A DNA stretch of 60,820 bases, filler included, from Hausera hauseri (Eukaryota), in the NCBI GenBank assembly GCA_046269625.1. It is 11 parts of 11 records of this genome, joined end to end, with 100 filler letters (N's around TTAATTAATTAA, not from the genome) between each part and the next. Parts side by side here need not be neighbours in the genome. Positions count along the whole stretch, not along the records: positions 1 to 5,175 come from JBJURY010316052.1; positions 5,276 to 9,882 come from JBJURY010507241.1; positions 9,983 to 14,913 come from JBJURY010388479.1; 8 more parts are not named here. The stretch is one strand, 5' to 3'. Shown here piece after piece: positions 1-10,278 of the stretch (positions are counted from its first letter, which is position 1; each line of letters begins with the position of its first letter). A program made the translations under genes and the position numbers. Under the pieces are notes generated by a model. It saw only the letters and a list, made by a program, of their open reading frames with translations. It made no database searches and was not told the DNA's origin.

Positions 1-1111
1 GATTCGGTTTCAACGGACAATAACATTGACATTCAATTCAACATTATGGCATCGGACAATGAATACCTGGATTTGAAGGATACGCTACGCTATGTAAAAG
101 TCATTGTTAAAAAGGATGCATCAACGGTTCCCACTGCAACAGACACTGTAACACCGGCCAATTACCTTTTCCTCACACTGTTCCAGGAGGCTTCACTGAC
201 TCTAAACAGCGTAAAAATCGAAGGCAATGCCAGTCTATACAGTATCAATGCACTCATTGAAACGGCTCTGAATTACAGTACTGACACGAAAACAAATCAT
301 TTGACGAAAACCATCGGATATGACGTCACTGCAGCAAACCGTCAAGCATGGGTGACAAAATCAAAAGCATTTACAATGTGTAGACCGCTGTACATTGACT
401 TTTTCGATCAGCCGAAATACATATTGTCTAATGTTAAAGCCATGATTCAGCTCAAACGCAGCGACAATGTCTTTTGTTTGAAAACCGCCGTTGAAATCTC
501 AAACCCATACTGAAAATTACCGAGGCACAATTGTACGTATGTCTAGTAAAGGTAGAACCATCTGTTCTCATGAGATATCGATTGAGCTTGGAAACGCAAA
601 ATGCCTGTTACCCGATAGAACGCACAGAACTCGTCTTTTACACCATACCCAAAGGTTCAACTACGTTTTACAAAGATGCACTGTTTGGCGATATGCGATT
701 GCCGAAATTTGTCCTCGTTACATTTCAAACGACTGTTCAAAAAACGAGCAGTTATACCATCGATTCGGAAACGTTTACCCATAACAATGTGAATTACATC
801 AGTTTGGTTCGGAATGCGGATTTCTTTGAAACATACAAGAAGGATTTCGAGATCGGCGATTACGTTTGCACATATATGCAATTTATCGTGCGCAACATGG
901 GTTTGCTGAACAAAATCATCAACAGTGGCATATCTTCACCTTCATGCTAGCTCCGGATTATGACGTTGAACAGACTCAACTACTTCAGCATGGAAACCTG
1001 AGATTGGAGGTTCACTTTGCTAAAGCGTTGGAGCAATCTACCGTGATGTACATTTACGGTATATTTGATGCTGATGTTGAAATAACGAAAGACGGAAACG
1101 TCATTGTATAA
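1..1111 (+). pseudogene. Polinton/Maverick major capsid protein (double jelly-roll, hexon-like), 5' truncated and frameshifted
   Basis: Three overlapping ORFs (46-513, 531-950, 866-1111) join into a typical Maverick MCP: EYLDLKDT.RYVKV, NYLFLTLFQ, DFFDQPKYIL, NACYPIERTE, GNLRLEVHFAKAL, YGIFDADVEITKDGNV*. Homologous copies lie at 36074-37285 and 55938-57150. Confidence 0.85.
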
Positions 1112-1139
1112 ATAAAACTTTCTTTGTCCTCTTTGTACC

Positions 1140-1489
1140 ATGAAGTAATGTATTACCACTATTACTATTATAACTTAATCACGTTTTACGTTTAGCTCAA
1201 CTGAACTAGGTCACTATGAAAAACTGTTCTTGGGTTTGAAATTCCGCGGTGTGTTTCCACTGTTCACAGTTTATTGTTACCGGGCGAATATTGGATGGCG
1301 GTGTACGTACATCCGACCATCGTCAAGGTATTTGATCCGCTCGGGTTTTATTACCCATCATCGTTAGTTTCTGAAATTGAAAGGCAATCATATCATCGTG
1401 TTGAATATAATCGACTTCGTTATCAATATCCACTTACGTATTGTGGACATTACTGCCTATTGCTGCTTACATTACAGATATTATTGTAA
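1140..1489 (+). pseudogene. Adenain-like (C5) maturation cysteine protease of Polinton; spliced join(1140-1144,1196-1489)
   Basis: After removing the GT-AG intron 1145-1195 it reads MNSTELGHYEKLFLGLKFRGVFPL, then PGEYW (catalytic His replaced by Tyr in this copy), VFDPLG, Q...CGHYC. It carries an internal deletion relative to the copy at 55509-55909. Confidence 0.8.
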
Positions 1490-1697
1490 ACGTATTCCGC
1501 TTTTTTGAATGGACAGACAGACTGCCGATTCTACTCTTAACTCTGCTGTTCCTTGTAAATATCAGCCAATTTAATCCAATACAGAACAAACACAAAAACA
1601 TAACCTTCGCTGCTATGGTAAGATAATTGTAAACAAAAATATACATTTTTGTAACTTCAAATTCTAACAAATACGAAAAATAAAATAGAAGCCACAT

Positions 1698-2663
1698 TTA
1701 AGAAAAAGGTATAACATTTATTGATGGCAGTAATGCCAATGAATTACAAAATCGGTAGTTCTTCATTGTTATTCGTAACTTGTCATCCAAAGTTAGCATC
1801 TTTATTATATCCTTAATAATTCCATGAATATCAATGTACTGGGACAAGTACGATTTCAACTTGACAGGCTTGTATTTTTCACTTGAATTGATTGGTCCAC
1901 AAAACTCTGTTATTATACGAAACTGGTCGTGTTCATTATCACCAGGAAACAAAATTTGTCGTGACCATAGTTCAGCAAAAATACACCCGAGACTCCAAAC
2001 ATCAACAGCTGCTGAATACCGTTCATTTCTAAGCAATATTTCCGGAGATCTATAGAAAAGCATGGAAACCATTGGAGAAAATACCTTGCAATTTAGAGTA
2101 AACTTTTTCGACATTCCAAAATCTGCAATTTTTACTATTCCGTCATCATTTATGAGTATGTTGTTCGGTTTTAAATCTCGATGGATAAACCCTTGAGAAT
2201 GAATATATTCCAAACCATGCACAAGTTGTTCCATGATGTATCTGATGTGTTCTGGATAAATCGAATTTCGTTTGTTATGAATTATTTCAAATAAATCTGT
2301 TTTACAATATTCAAAAACCAAATAATATTCAACTGGACTACAATTATTTTTGGTACATACTTCCTTCAGTTTTACAATATTGTCGTGATTCAACGTTTGA
2401 AGAGCTTTAATTTCTCGGTTTATATCTCTATTTAAAGGATCTTTACCTTCAATGGATTTCAATTTTTTGATAGCATACAAATCGTTCGTATTATTTTCAA
2501 CAGCTAAATACACTATTCCAAAAGAACCTTCGTTCAGTTTTGATTTGCATTTATACCGTTTTATATCACTGAAAGAATTTTGTAAATAAGTTTCATTCAT
2601 CTTTCTAAACAAGCTATTAATATTCATCTCGATTTTTAACGTAACCATTAAGTGAGACTTCAA
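1698..2663 (-). CDS. Cyclin-dependent kinase-like Ser/Thr kinase (CMGC group), intronless
   Basis: EGSFGIVY, AIKK, HDNIVKL, YLVFEYC, HRDLKPNNILI, KIADFG, YRSPEILL, DVWSLGCIFAEL, LFPG. The true ATG start may be at MNINS or MNETY. Confidence 0.9.
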   Translation of the reverse strand: MKSHLMVTLKIEMNINSLFRKMNETYLQNSFSDIKRYKCKSKLNEGSFGIVYLAVENNTNDLYAIKKLKSIEGKDPLNRDINREIKALQTLNHDNIVKLKEVCTKNNCSPVEYYLVFEYCKTDLFEIIHNKRNSIYPEHIRYIMEQLVHGLEYIHSQGFIHRDLKPNNILINDDGIVKIADFGMSKKFTLNCKVFSPMVSMLFYRSPEILLRNERYSAAVDVWSLGCIFAELWSRQILFPGDNEHDQFRIITEFCGPINSSEKYKPVKLKSYLSQYIDIHGIIKDIIKMLTLDDKLRITMKNYRFCNSLALLPSINVIPFS

Positions 2664-3790
2664 TAAAATTGTCGGTAATAAATATTGATGAAAATGCTTT
2701 CCTTAAATTTTAACGGGTTACGAAATTCGTTTAGAAATACGGATATTTCATTTTTGGAATCGATGGAGAAGGTTACTCTTAGCGAGTCTTTTGCAAGAAC
2801 ATTCAATTGAATATTTCTGTCTGGAAACTTTACTGCTAGTCGCGGTTCTACAAGTACAAAATTTAATACCCAAATTTAATGTCGAAATATTGAAAACGCC
2901 ACTTGTTTCTGATTTGATTATGGCAGTCGGGCTGGTCGGTCGGTGATAAACTCTGACCTTTAATCAGTTTCATTTTTTGGTGATCACAAATCATCACATT
3001 TTACTCTGGAATACTATTTTCACAAAACACAATTTATTTTCGATTTTCTTTGAACGTATAACTCTTATCTCCTTTTGTAGTATGATCGATGTAAATGATT
3101 TATTTCATCTTGTTCATTATTTTGATTGTTTTCATTAATCGTTTAATTGGGTATTTTGGAGATTAAACCTAAAATATTCGTTGTTCCTTTCTGACTTTTA
3201 TTTCTGGAGTAGTAGTGAATAATGTTTGATTCAACTCGATTATCGAATTGAAATGCGGAATATCAACTAATTCTTTGAGTTATAACTTTGGATAAATACG
3301 ATCGTACAAATATTTCGATTTTTAAGAGTGCTTTTGTTTCTTCAATTGATTGGAAAATTCTGTTCATTATCGGTGTTTACTAGTGATTTTGATTAATAAC
3401 TGATCTCTTCCGATTTGTGCAAGACACAAAAATTTTTGAAACAAGGACCACATACTGAATTCATTCATTCCGTTTGTTAGTTGACTCCGTCATATTTTCG
3501 AATCATTCCCACAAATGTAATAAGCTCTCCACGAGTGACGTTTCAGATTCGAAGAATACAAATTTCTGAAATTTACTTTTGAAAAAAATTTGAATACGGA
3601 AATTCTTTTGGCGGAAAATTTATCGTGATTTATCAAAGATCGAAATGTCAATTTCGAAAATTTGGCATTAATAACCTCAAAAATCATAATTTTCAAGTAT
3701 TGTAATAATATCTTATAAAACCGGTGTGAAAATTTGGGGTACAAATATTGTTATAAGATTTAGAATTAGGTATTTATAATCAAAAATTGT

Positions 3791-3806
3791 GGTCCTAAGG
3801 AGGACC
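3791..3806 (-). promoter_or_regulatory. Replication-dependent histone mRNA 3' stem-loop
   Basis: Minus strand reads AC-GGTCCT-CCTT-AGGACC-ACAA: a 6-bp stem with 4-nt loop about 40 nt after the H4 stop codon. Confidence 0.85.
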
Positions 3807-3845
3807 GTAAACATTCTCCAGTAACAAAATTCGAGGTAAGATAAC

Positions 3846-4187
<342 letters not shown>

Positions 4188-5175
4188 TTAAAAATATTAT
4201 ATAAACAAATTTTTAAAATTATTTTCAATTTGAATTTTTGAATATTTGTAAATAAATGATGAAATAAGATTATATTATCGTATTCACCGCATTTTTATTA
4301 TTTTATTTCAAGAATTTCCACAATGAACAAAAAATTTTTAAACTAATTGATAGTAATTTCAAAAAGAGTGAAAATATAAGATAATTAACCATGATCATAA
4401 TTTTCATATCTTTATTATTAAAATTCCAATATAATTTTATAGAAAAAATAAAGTGATCATTTTGAAGGTAAAAATTTCTTTGACAATAAGAAGGAGTCAT
4501 ACCGTATAAGTAATATAATTTTTGAATTTTGAAAAATATTCATTTAGTTGAAGGTATATATGATTCATAAGCAAAAATTAAGGGTCTAACAACCGTTGCT
4601 TAGCTCAATAATTTACTACAATATGAATATTTAATATAGGTTATATAGTATGACCTTGACATTTTCTACGTAAATAATTGATATTGTAAACTACCTTATC
4701 AATGATATTCAACTGCAACATGTCAAATTTAACAGTTGATTTACTAGAATTTCTCAGAAAATTTTTTAAATAATTTATTTTCACGGATATAGTACAGATA
4801 AAATGATTCATATCGGATAAGAATTATTTTAAACTGGGAATATAACAAATTCACGAGTTAAACTGTCGATACTTTATTTTAATTCATCCATAAACCTAAA
4901 TTGAATACAAAATGTTATTTGATTTGTACTGTATGATTTTCATTCATGTTAATTTTATGTTTGTTTTCAAATGTCGATGTGTTAGAATATTTGTTTTCCA
5001 TTCAAAATTTATATAAATATTAAAATGATTTCAAATGTCATTTTATTTCCTTCAGTATTAGATATGTAAAGTATTACTATTCTGCTGGATTTACTGAAAC
5101 TGAATTTTTCTATTTATATATTTAAGCACAAATAAATATTGAGAAAAATTACAATACATATGTTAGAGTTTCTTA

Positions 5176-5275
5176 NNNNNNNNNNNNNNNNNNNNNNNNN
5201 NNNNNNNNNNNNNNNNNNNTTAATTAATTAANNNNNNNNNNNNNNNNNNNNNNNNNNNNNNNNNNNNNNNNNNNN
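5176..5275. other. Artificial contig linker N44-TTAATTAATTAA-N44 (also 9883-9982, 14914-15013, 19590-19689, 24226-24325, 31526-31625, 35796-35895, 40533-40632, 50199-50298, 54789-54888)
   Basis: Identical 100-bp spacer with stop codons in all six frames, repeated 10 times. Confidence 0.98.
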
Positions 5276-5682
5276 ACTGATTGAAAACCCCATGCCTGAG
5301 CATCAGCTATAGATTTAAACTGCAATTCCATGGGATTTCGATGCATTAGTTTTATACGGTAGTTTGAAAAATAAGCATAAACCCAAAAATTTTCTCGCGA
5401 ATAATTGCGAAGAACATATCGGTTATTGTGTCGGATTGCCCGCAAACGACTTGAAATAAGGTTAGTTTCTTGTCGGGTAAAGTAAATACCACTGTTCTGA
5501 CGTATTGTCATTGGTTAAAATGTAAACATAAATTCTGTCAAAGCCACTTCCCAGGCTCCGTGGCCTAAATCGATCGGTTTTTCCAAGTGCACGGTAAACT
5601 GTTTAGCGATGTTGTCGTCATTGTCGTCATCGTCATGTTGTGATAATGACCTGTTACTATCAAGTACCAAATAAGTTCTCAT
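5276..5682 (-). pseudogene. Polinton minor capsid (penton-like) protein 1, N-terminal part
   Basis: Degenerate Y-L-V-L-x-S-N...N-x-A-K-Q-F-T-V-H-L-x-K-P-I-D-L...W-E-V-A-L-T-E, the typical Maverick penton N-terminus. Its start overlaps the integrase stop (TGATG). Confidence 0.75.
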
Positions 5683-6703
5683 CACTCAATCTGCGATGCA
5701 AAAATCCAACTCGGTGTAGTGTATCCATGCCACTTGACAAGTTATTGTTTATTCGAACCTTTGCCGCGTGAACGTAGAATTTCCTGAATACGATACACAT
5801 CAGGTTTTCTGTTAGTACTTGCAGTTCCTGTTCGCAAAATTTGCCACGTATTTCGTCACCATTTTCATCTTCTAAAACGTACATAACCGGACTTTGCTTT
5901 GTGTTGATTGCGGAAATTCGGAAAACCTCATCGCTCCAGTTCTGGTTGAAATTCTTAATGAATGGCGTCGTATTCAGCTTTGAAATACGTACATTATCAC
6001 CGATTTCATATTTTGGGCGACGTTTAATTGGTCGTCGTCGGTTTTGATAAAGCCACATGTCCAAATCATCGATTACGTCAACCTGCCGTAATCCATTGAT
6101 ACCACGACGTGTCGAATGATTGTATGCATGAATAATATCCGGCAGTACATCTACCCAGCGTTTGTTGCCTTGCTTCGTAAAGAATTTGTTTAGGCGACCG
6201 CGCAATGTTCGATTAAATCGTTCAACGAGTGCAGCCTTGTATTGGGAAAACACCGAGTAGTGGTTTACGCCGAACCATTTAAAGAACGCCGAAACGTTGG
6301 CGTTGTAGAATTCTTTACGCAAATCAGTTTGTAAATTCTTCGGCTGTTTATCGAATTTAGATTTCACGGCAATTGCAAGAGCAAAACGACTAAACACATC
6401 AACGCATCTCAGCACGTACCGATACCCATCGTTGATGCTGGCTTAGGGAATCATTTCCATCAGATCCATTTGCCATACGTTATTTACACCGGCAGCACGG
6501 TACGCACGAGTTGAAAACCGCCTTCTTGCCGGTTTGCTTAGGCTGTATGCTAACTGATTCCCGAGCCAACGTTGGGTCTTATGCCGAGTCTGTTTGACAG
6601 TCTTTGTCAGTTTGTTGACGCCCGTATACCCGACGGGATGACGCGAGTCGAACGACACGTCGCCCATCGGTGTTGTCGCCGATAGTGCCAGTTTTGCTTG
6701 CAT
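5682..6703 (-). pseudogene. Polinton rve (c-)integrase with C-terminal chromodomain
   Basis: DDE motifs WQMDLMEM / LQTDLRKEF / AALVERFNRTL; SH3-like GDNVRIS; NWSDEVF; chromodomain LVKWHGYTTPSW after a frameshift. An in-frame stop lies at about 6443. Confidence 0.9.
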
Positions 6704-6814
6704 TACAACAATTTTAACGAAACGTAAATGAAAGATTCGGTAAACTGGGACAGAAAAATGAAAACCATGCACCGATATCGCCGAATTATCATATACTTAC
6801 CGTCATTGTTTATA

Positions 6815-7143
6815 CTATGCTGCAGAACCAATGAGTCCACCCAGTAATGACGTGATAGTCGGGAGAAATTCACCAAGGAATCCGCCATCTTGCTGGTATA
6901 TGACCTCCCATTTCAGTCATTTACTACGGGCGTTGGCTAGGCCAATGAGTAGTTTTCGATAATTTAGTAAATTCCGCTTTCCACTACCAATGTCTACGTG
7001 GCGTACAAAGATATTGCGTAAAATTTCCATCAAATCGTCTACTACAAATTGCGGGAATGACCGCAGCATGTTTCGCTTTTGTCTCGTAGGTGCCTTGAGC
7101 AGAGCAAAGCAATAAAGTACGGCTGACTACGTTTGAATCGCTT
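6815..7143 (-). pseudogene. Small conserved Polinton protein with QxGGFL motif and C-terminal amphipathic helix (protein X-like)
   Basis: Ends QQDGGFLGEFLPTITSLLGGLIGSAA*. Homologous to 33478-33800; the start codon is mutated in this copy. Confidence 0.6.
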
Positions 7144-7169
7144 TTTTTCTTTTTTGACGTATTGATGCT

Positions 7170-7528
7170 AAAAAAATAATCGTCACACCACGGTGTCGCG
7201 CAATCTTCGTGAACAGGTTGTTGAAGTCGGTTTGTTTCGTTGCCTCTTAAAACACATCGTCGATGACAATAACGTCACCGTTGCGAAATCTCTCTGACCA
7301 GTTCTGATCAAACCCATTAATTACCGTTATCGATTTCAGTTTACAAAATTCCCGATGTGTCAGACCGGACTCACGATCATCACCAACACCCTGATGCCAG
7401 CAAATGTGATTGTACCGCAATGAATGGAACATGTCACGGTAGTTCTGCAATAGTTTGCACACAAAGTGCGCTTTTCCACTTCCACTGGAGCCTACAATCC
7501 GGAAAATGGCATCATTCTGAAGCTTCAT
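7170..7528 (-). pseudogene. Polinton packaging ATPase (A32/FtsK-like), C-terminal half deleted
   Basis: Walker A IVGSSGSGK, Walker B VIVIDD, and LFTKIARH. About 0.5 kb is missing relative to the copy at 34006-34675. Confidence 0.8.
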
Positions 7529-7628
7529 CTAATAATAATAATAATAAAACCTTTCCTCACCACATGATTTGTTTATAATCTTGTTACACGCACATATAAA
7601 TAGCTACAGTATAAACACTGTTTCCATA

Positions 7629-8100
7629 ATGTTAGCTAATATCAACTATCGCGGCATGTTATCCAGTGTGCCATTAACATACTACCTTTTAATCCATGGA
7701 AACCGAGGAGGTATGTCCTCAAGTGTCCACCGGATTTTACATGCATCACATTTCAATCGGGAAAGTGTCGTATTATGGGTTGTCGGAAACCAGTCAAAGC
7801 TGACAACAGTAAACTACAACCATTCGGAATTGTCATTGACCAAATACAATCAATAAGAGTAAAGACTCAGTTAGACTACCACCAAACAATCAATCTGTAC
7901 AAATTAGCAATGGCCACTGCTGAATGTACATATGAACACGAACTGTTTTCTGCACTGAGAATGACATCGTTTCGCGAGAATTTTTGTCAATGTGTTTAGC
8001 AGTGGAAAAATTGTTGTACTCGGTATTCGGATAATGGACCATGAACCGATTAATAATCAAAATAAAAAACCACATAAATGTTTTAGTGAATCAAAATAAT
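7629..8100 (+). pseudogene. TATA-binding protein (TBP)-like gene of the Polinton, frameshifted
   Basis: Reconstructed: MLANINYRG...KPRRYVL..FTCITFQSGKCRIMG...IQSI...INLYKLA...YEHELFSALR...VNVFSSGKIVVLG. This parallels TBP LIFSSGKMVCTG / IQNMV / YEPELFPGL / LIFVSGKVVLTG. Confidence 0.75.
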
Positions 8101-8157
8101 GTACATTGCACAACAAACTACAAATACCATTCCCATGCTCATTCAGACATTACTGCC

Positions 8158-8355
8158 ATGAAAAACGAAGACGATGACAAAACGATTCTACTCAATGATG
8201 CCAATGATGAAAGTTCAGATTGGTCGTGGTTGTTTGGTTACAAAAAAAACAATTGTAATGTCAAACTGCCGGAACCTGTCCAACAATTAGAAAAACCGGG
8301 TGATTGTCTTCAGGTCAATTGTCTTGAAAGAAAACGGAATGTAAATGTTTTATAA
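8158..8355 (+). CDS. Small acidic hypothetical protein of the Polinton
   Basis: EDDDKTILLN...SDWSWLFGYKK is conserved in the second copy (about 35310-35426), downstream of the TBP-like gene. Confidence 0.35.
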   Translation: MKNEDDDKTILLNDANDESSDWSWLFGYKKNNCNVKLPEPVQQLEKPGDCLQVNCLERKRNVNVL

Positions 8356-8889
8356 TGGAAATTTTACACATTTATTATGTGTGAGGATATAATTGAGAAC
8401 AGAAATTCTGAATTTAAATTAGAAACATTTTTAAATTTAAATTAAAACTTAAATGTGTAATATTAAAAATCTTATTTGAATTTGGGAAATTTGTTTCAAA
8501 ATAAATAATTTGGATTATAATAAAAATTTCTACTAGTGTTTACTTTTCAATGAGTAATCTCAAACGATCAAATTCTGATTCAGCAGACGTACCAGGGGGC
8601 GGATATTTTCCAACCCCAACCCGGCTGGGCGATAACGTGGACGACGCGGATGCGCACACTGCCAACATTATAAATAAATGAATACATTGACTTTTGTAAT
8701 GTGTAACTCGACACCTTCGTGAAGTTTATAGGGGCAATTTGTTACAATGACTCTCTATGTAAATATTCAATATTGATACTTTTATTATATAAGAAAAACA
8801 GCGAGTTGGACAGGTATACATAACGATATAATTTCATTTCAATTTGTCGCTATTTCACTCCGTCTCTCTCTCTCTCTATCTCTACGACA

Positions 8890-9339
8890 ATGAATTCCAA
8901 TGAAGCAGCAAATCATTTTATTTCTGCAGGTCAGCCAAGATACAACGAATATTCCGTTAGACCGGCCCGGTTGTACAATGGGTACAAGTTGAACTTTCTA
9001 CGAATATTTGTTCAATTGACGTTGGCGCAACTGATAAAACTCAAACAGGTAAAGTATGGTCTGCTGGCCAAGAACATCAACGACAGTGATTTGTATGAGA
9101 TTGAGGAAGCAATGAAAAAACTTGACAATGACTTGGAGTTGTCTAAATATATCCGAGAAACCTCTTCATTTTTTCTCAAAGGTGATATGCGGAAAATTGT
9201 CCGTTCAAATTGAGAAGCTCCAGCAGCATTGCCAACTGAAGGGGTGCAAGGCTACCTAACTATGAAGCTGAAAAGCTACAAGGCGATGATGTTCGTGAAG
9301 TCCCCAATGTGGAAACTGGCAAAATTAAGTGTTATTTGA
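8890..9339 (+). pseudogene. Hypothetical protein (probable Polinton gene) with one in-frame TGA
   Basis: 107-aa ORF continues in frame for 41 aa past the TGA at 9211-9213; AATAAA follows at 9369-9374. Confidence 0.4.
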
Positions 9340-10278
9340 CGTGATTTTGTGATTTGTGATTAGTGCTCAATAAAGCTACTTGTATTTTGTATTGTTATTG
9401 TTTTAATTCTTATTGTCTCGACTCTACTGGTAGCTAAATTGCTTAATAGAAAGTAATTAAATTAGTTTACATGACTCCTATAATTATCTCAAAAGTCACT
9501 TATTTCTTTATAAACATTCATTCTCAATACTAGTACAAATGAAATGGAACAGTACATTGAAAGTGAGATTAGTAGGTAGAAGTGTGGGCTCTACCGCACT
9601 TCTCTGATTGGTCCGCCGACCAGTTTGCCCCACCTGATTGGCTATTCTGAACATTTCACTAAAAATTTCGGATGACCCCCTCCCCCGCGGAAAAGAGGTC
9701 GAGTGAAGAGGTTCGGACCAAGTGATATCGATAACCCGTGACGAGGTGAGCAAAAGTTAATAGCGGCGCGGTTTTGAGAAATGTAAGGGAGAGGCGCTAG
9801 AAGAAGCAGAAGCAAAACAGGAAATGCGCCTCGCGTAACGAGACACATGCTGTTAGCGCTGAGAAAACGGGTACAAAGGGTANNNNNNNNNNNNNNNNNN
9901 NNNNNNNNNNNNNNNNNNNNNNNNNNTTAATTAATTAANNNNNNNNNNNNNNNNNNNNNNNNNNNNNNNNNNNNNNNNNNNNGTTTTCGGAACGTCTTGG
10001 GTTATAATAGGGGTATTTAACTCCGTTTCATCTCTTAAAGTAATGATGAAGTCTTCCTTCTTTTCTAGGTTCTTTTTAATAGGGGACCGTAAACGAGTTC
10101 CCGATCTTCTCCTAAGAGAAGGGCTTCTACCTCTATTCTTGGTTATGTTGAGTATTAATGGCCCAATGAATTCACTCTTAACCTCGTCTGTTGTTTTATC
10201 CTTATTTTGAGACACGACTTCGGTATTTGCGTTTAAGTCTACACTTGAAGACGTAGTCGGTTTTTCCTCTTCTACTAC

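Noticed and set aside
5220-5231. TTAATTAATTAA palindrome as a biological site
   Set aside because: Always embedded in fixed N runs; it is a synthetic six-frame stop linker.
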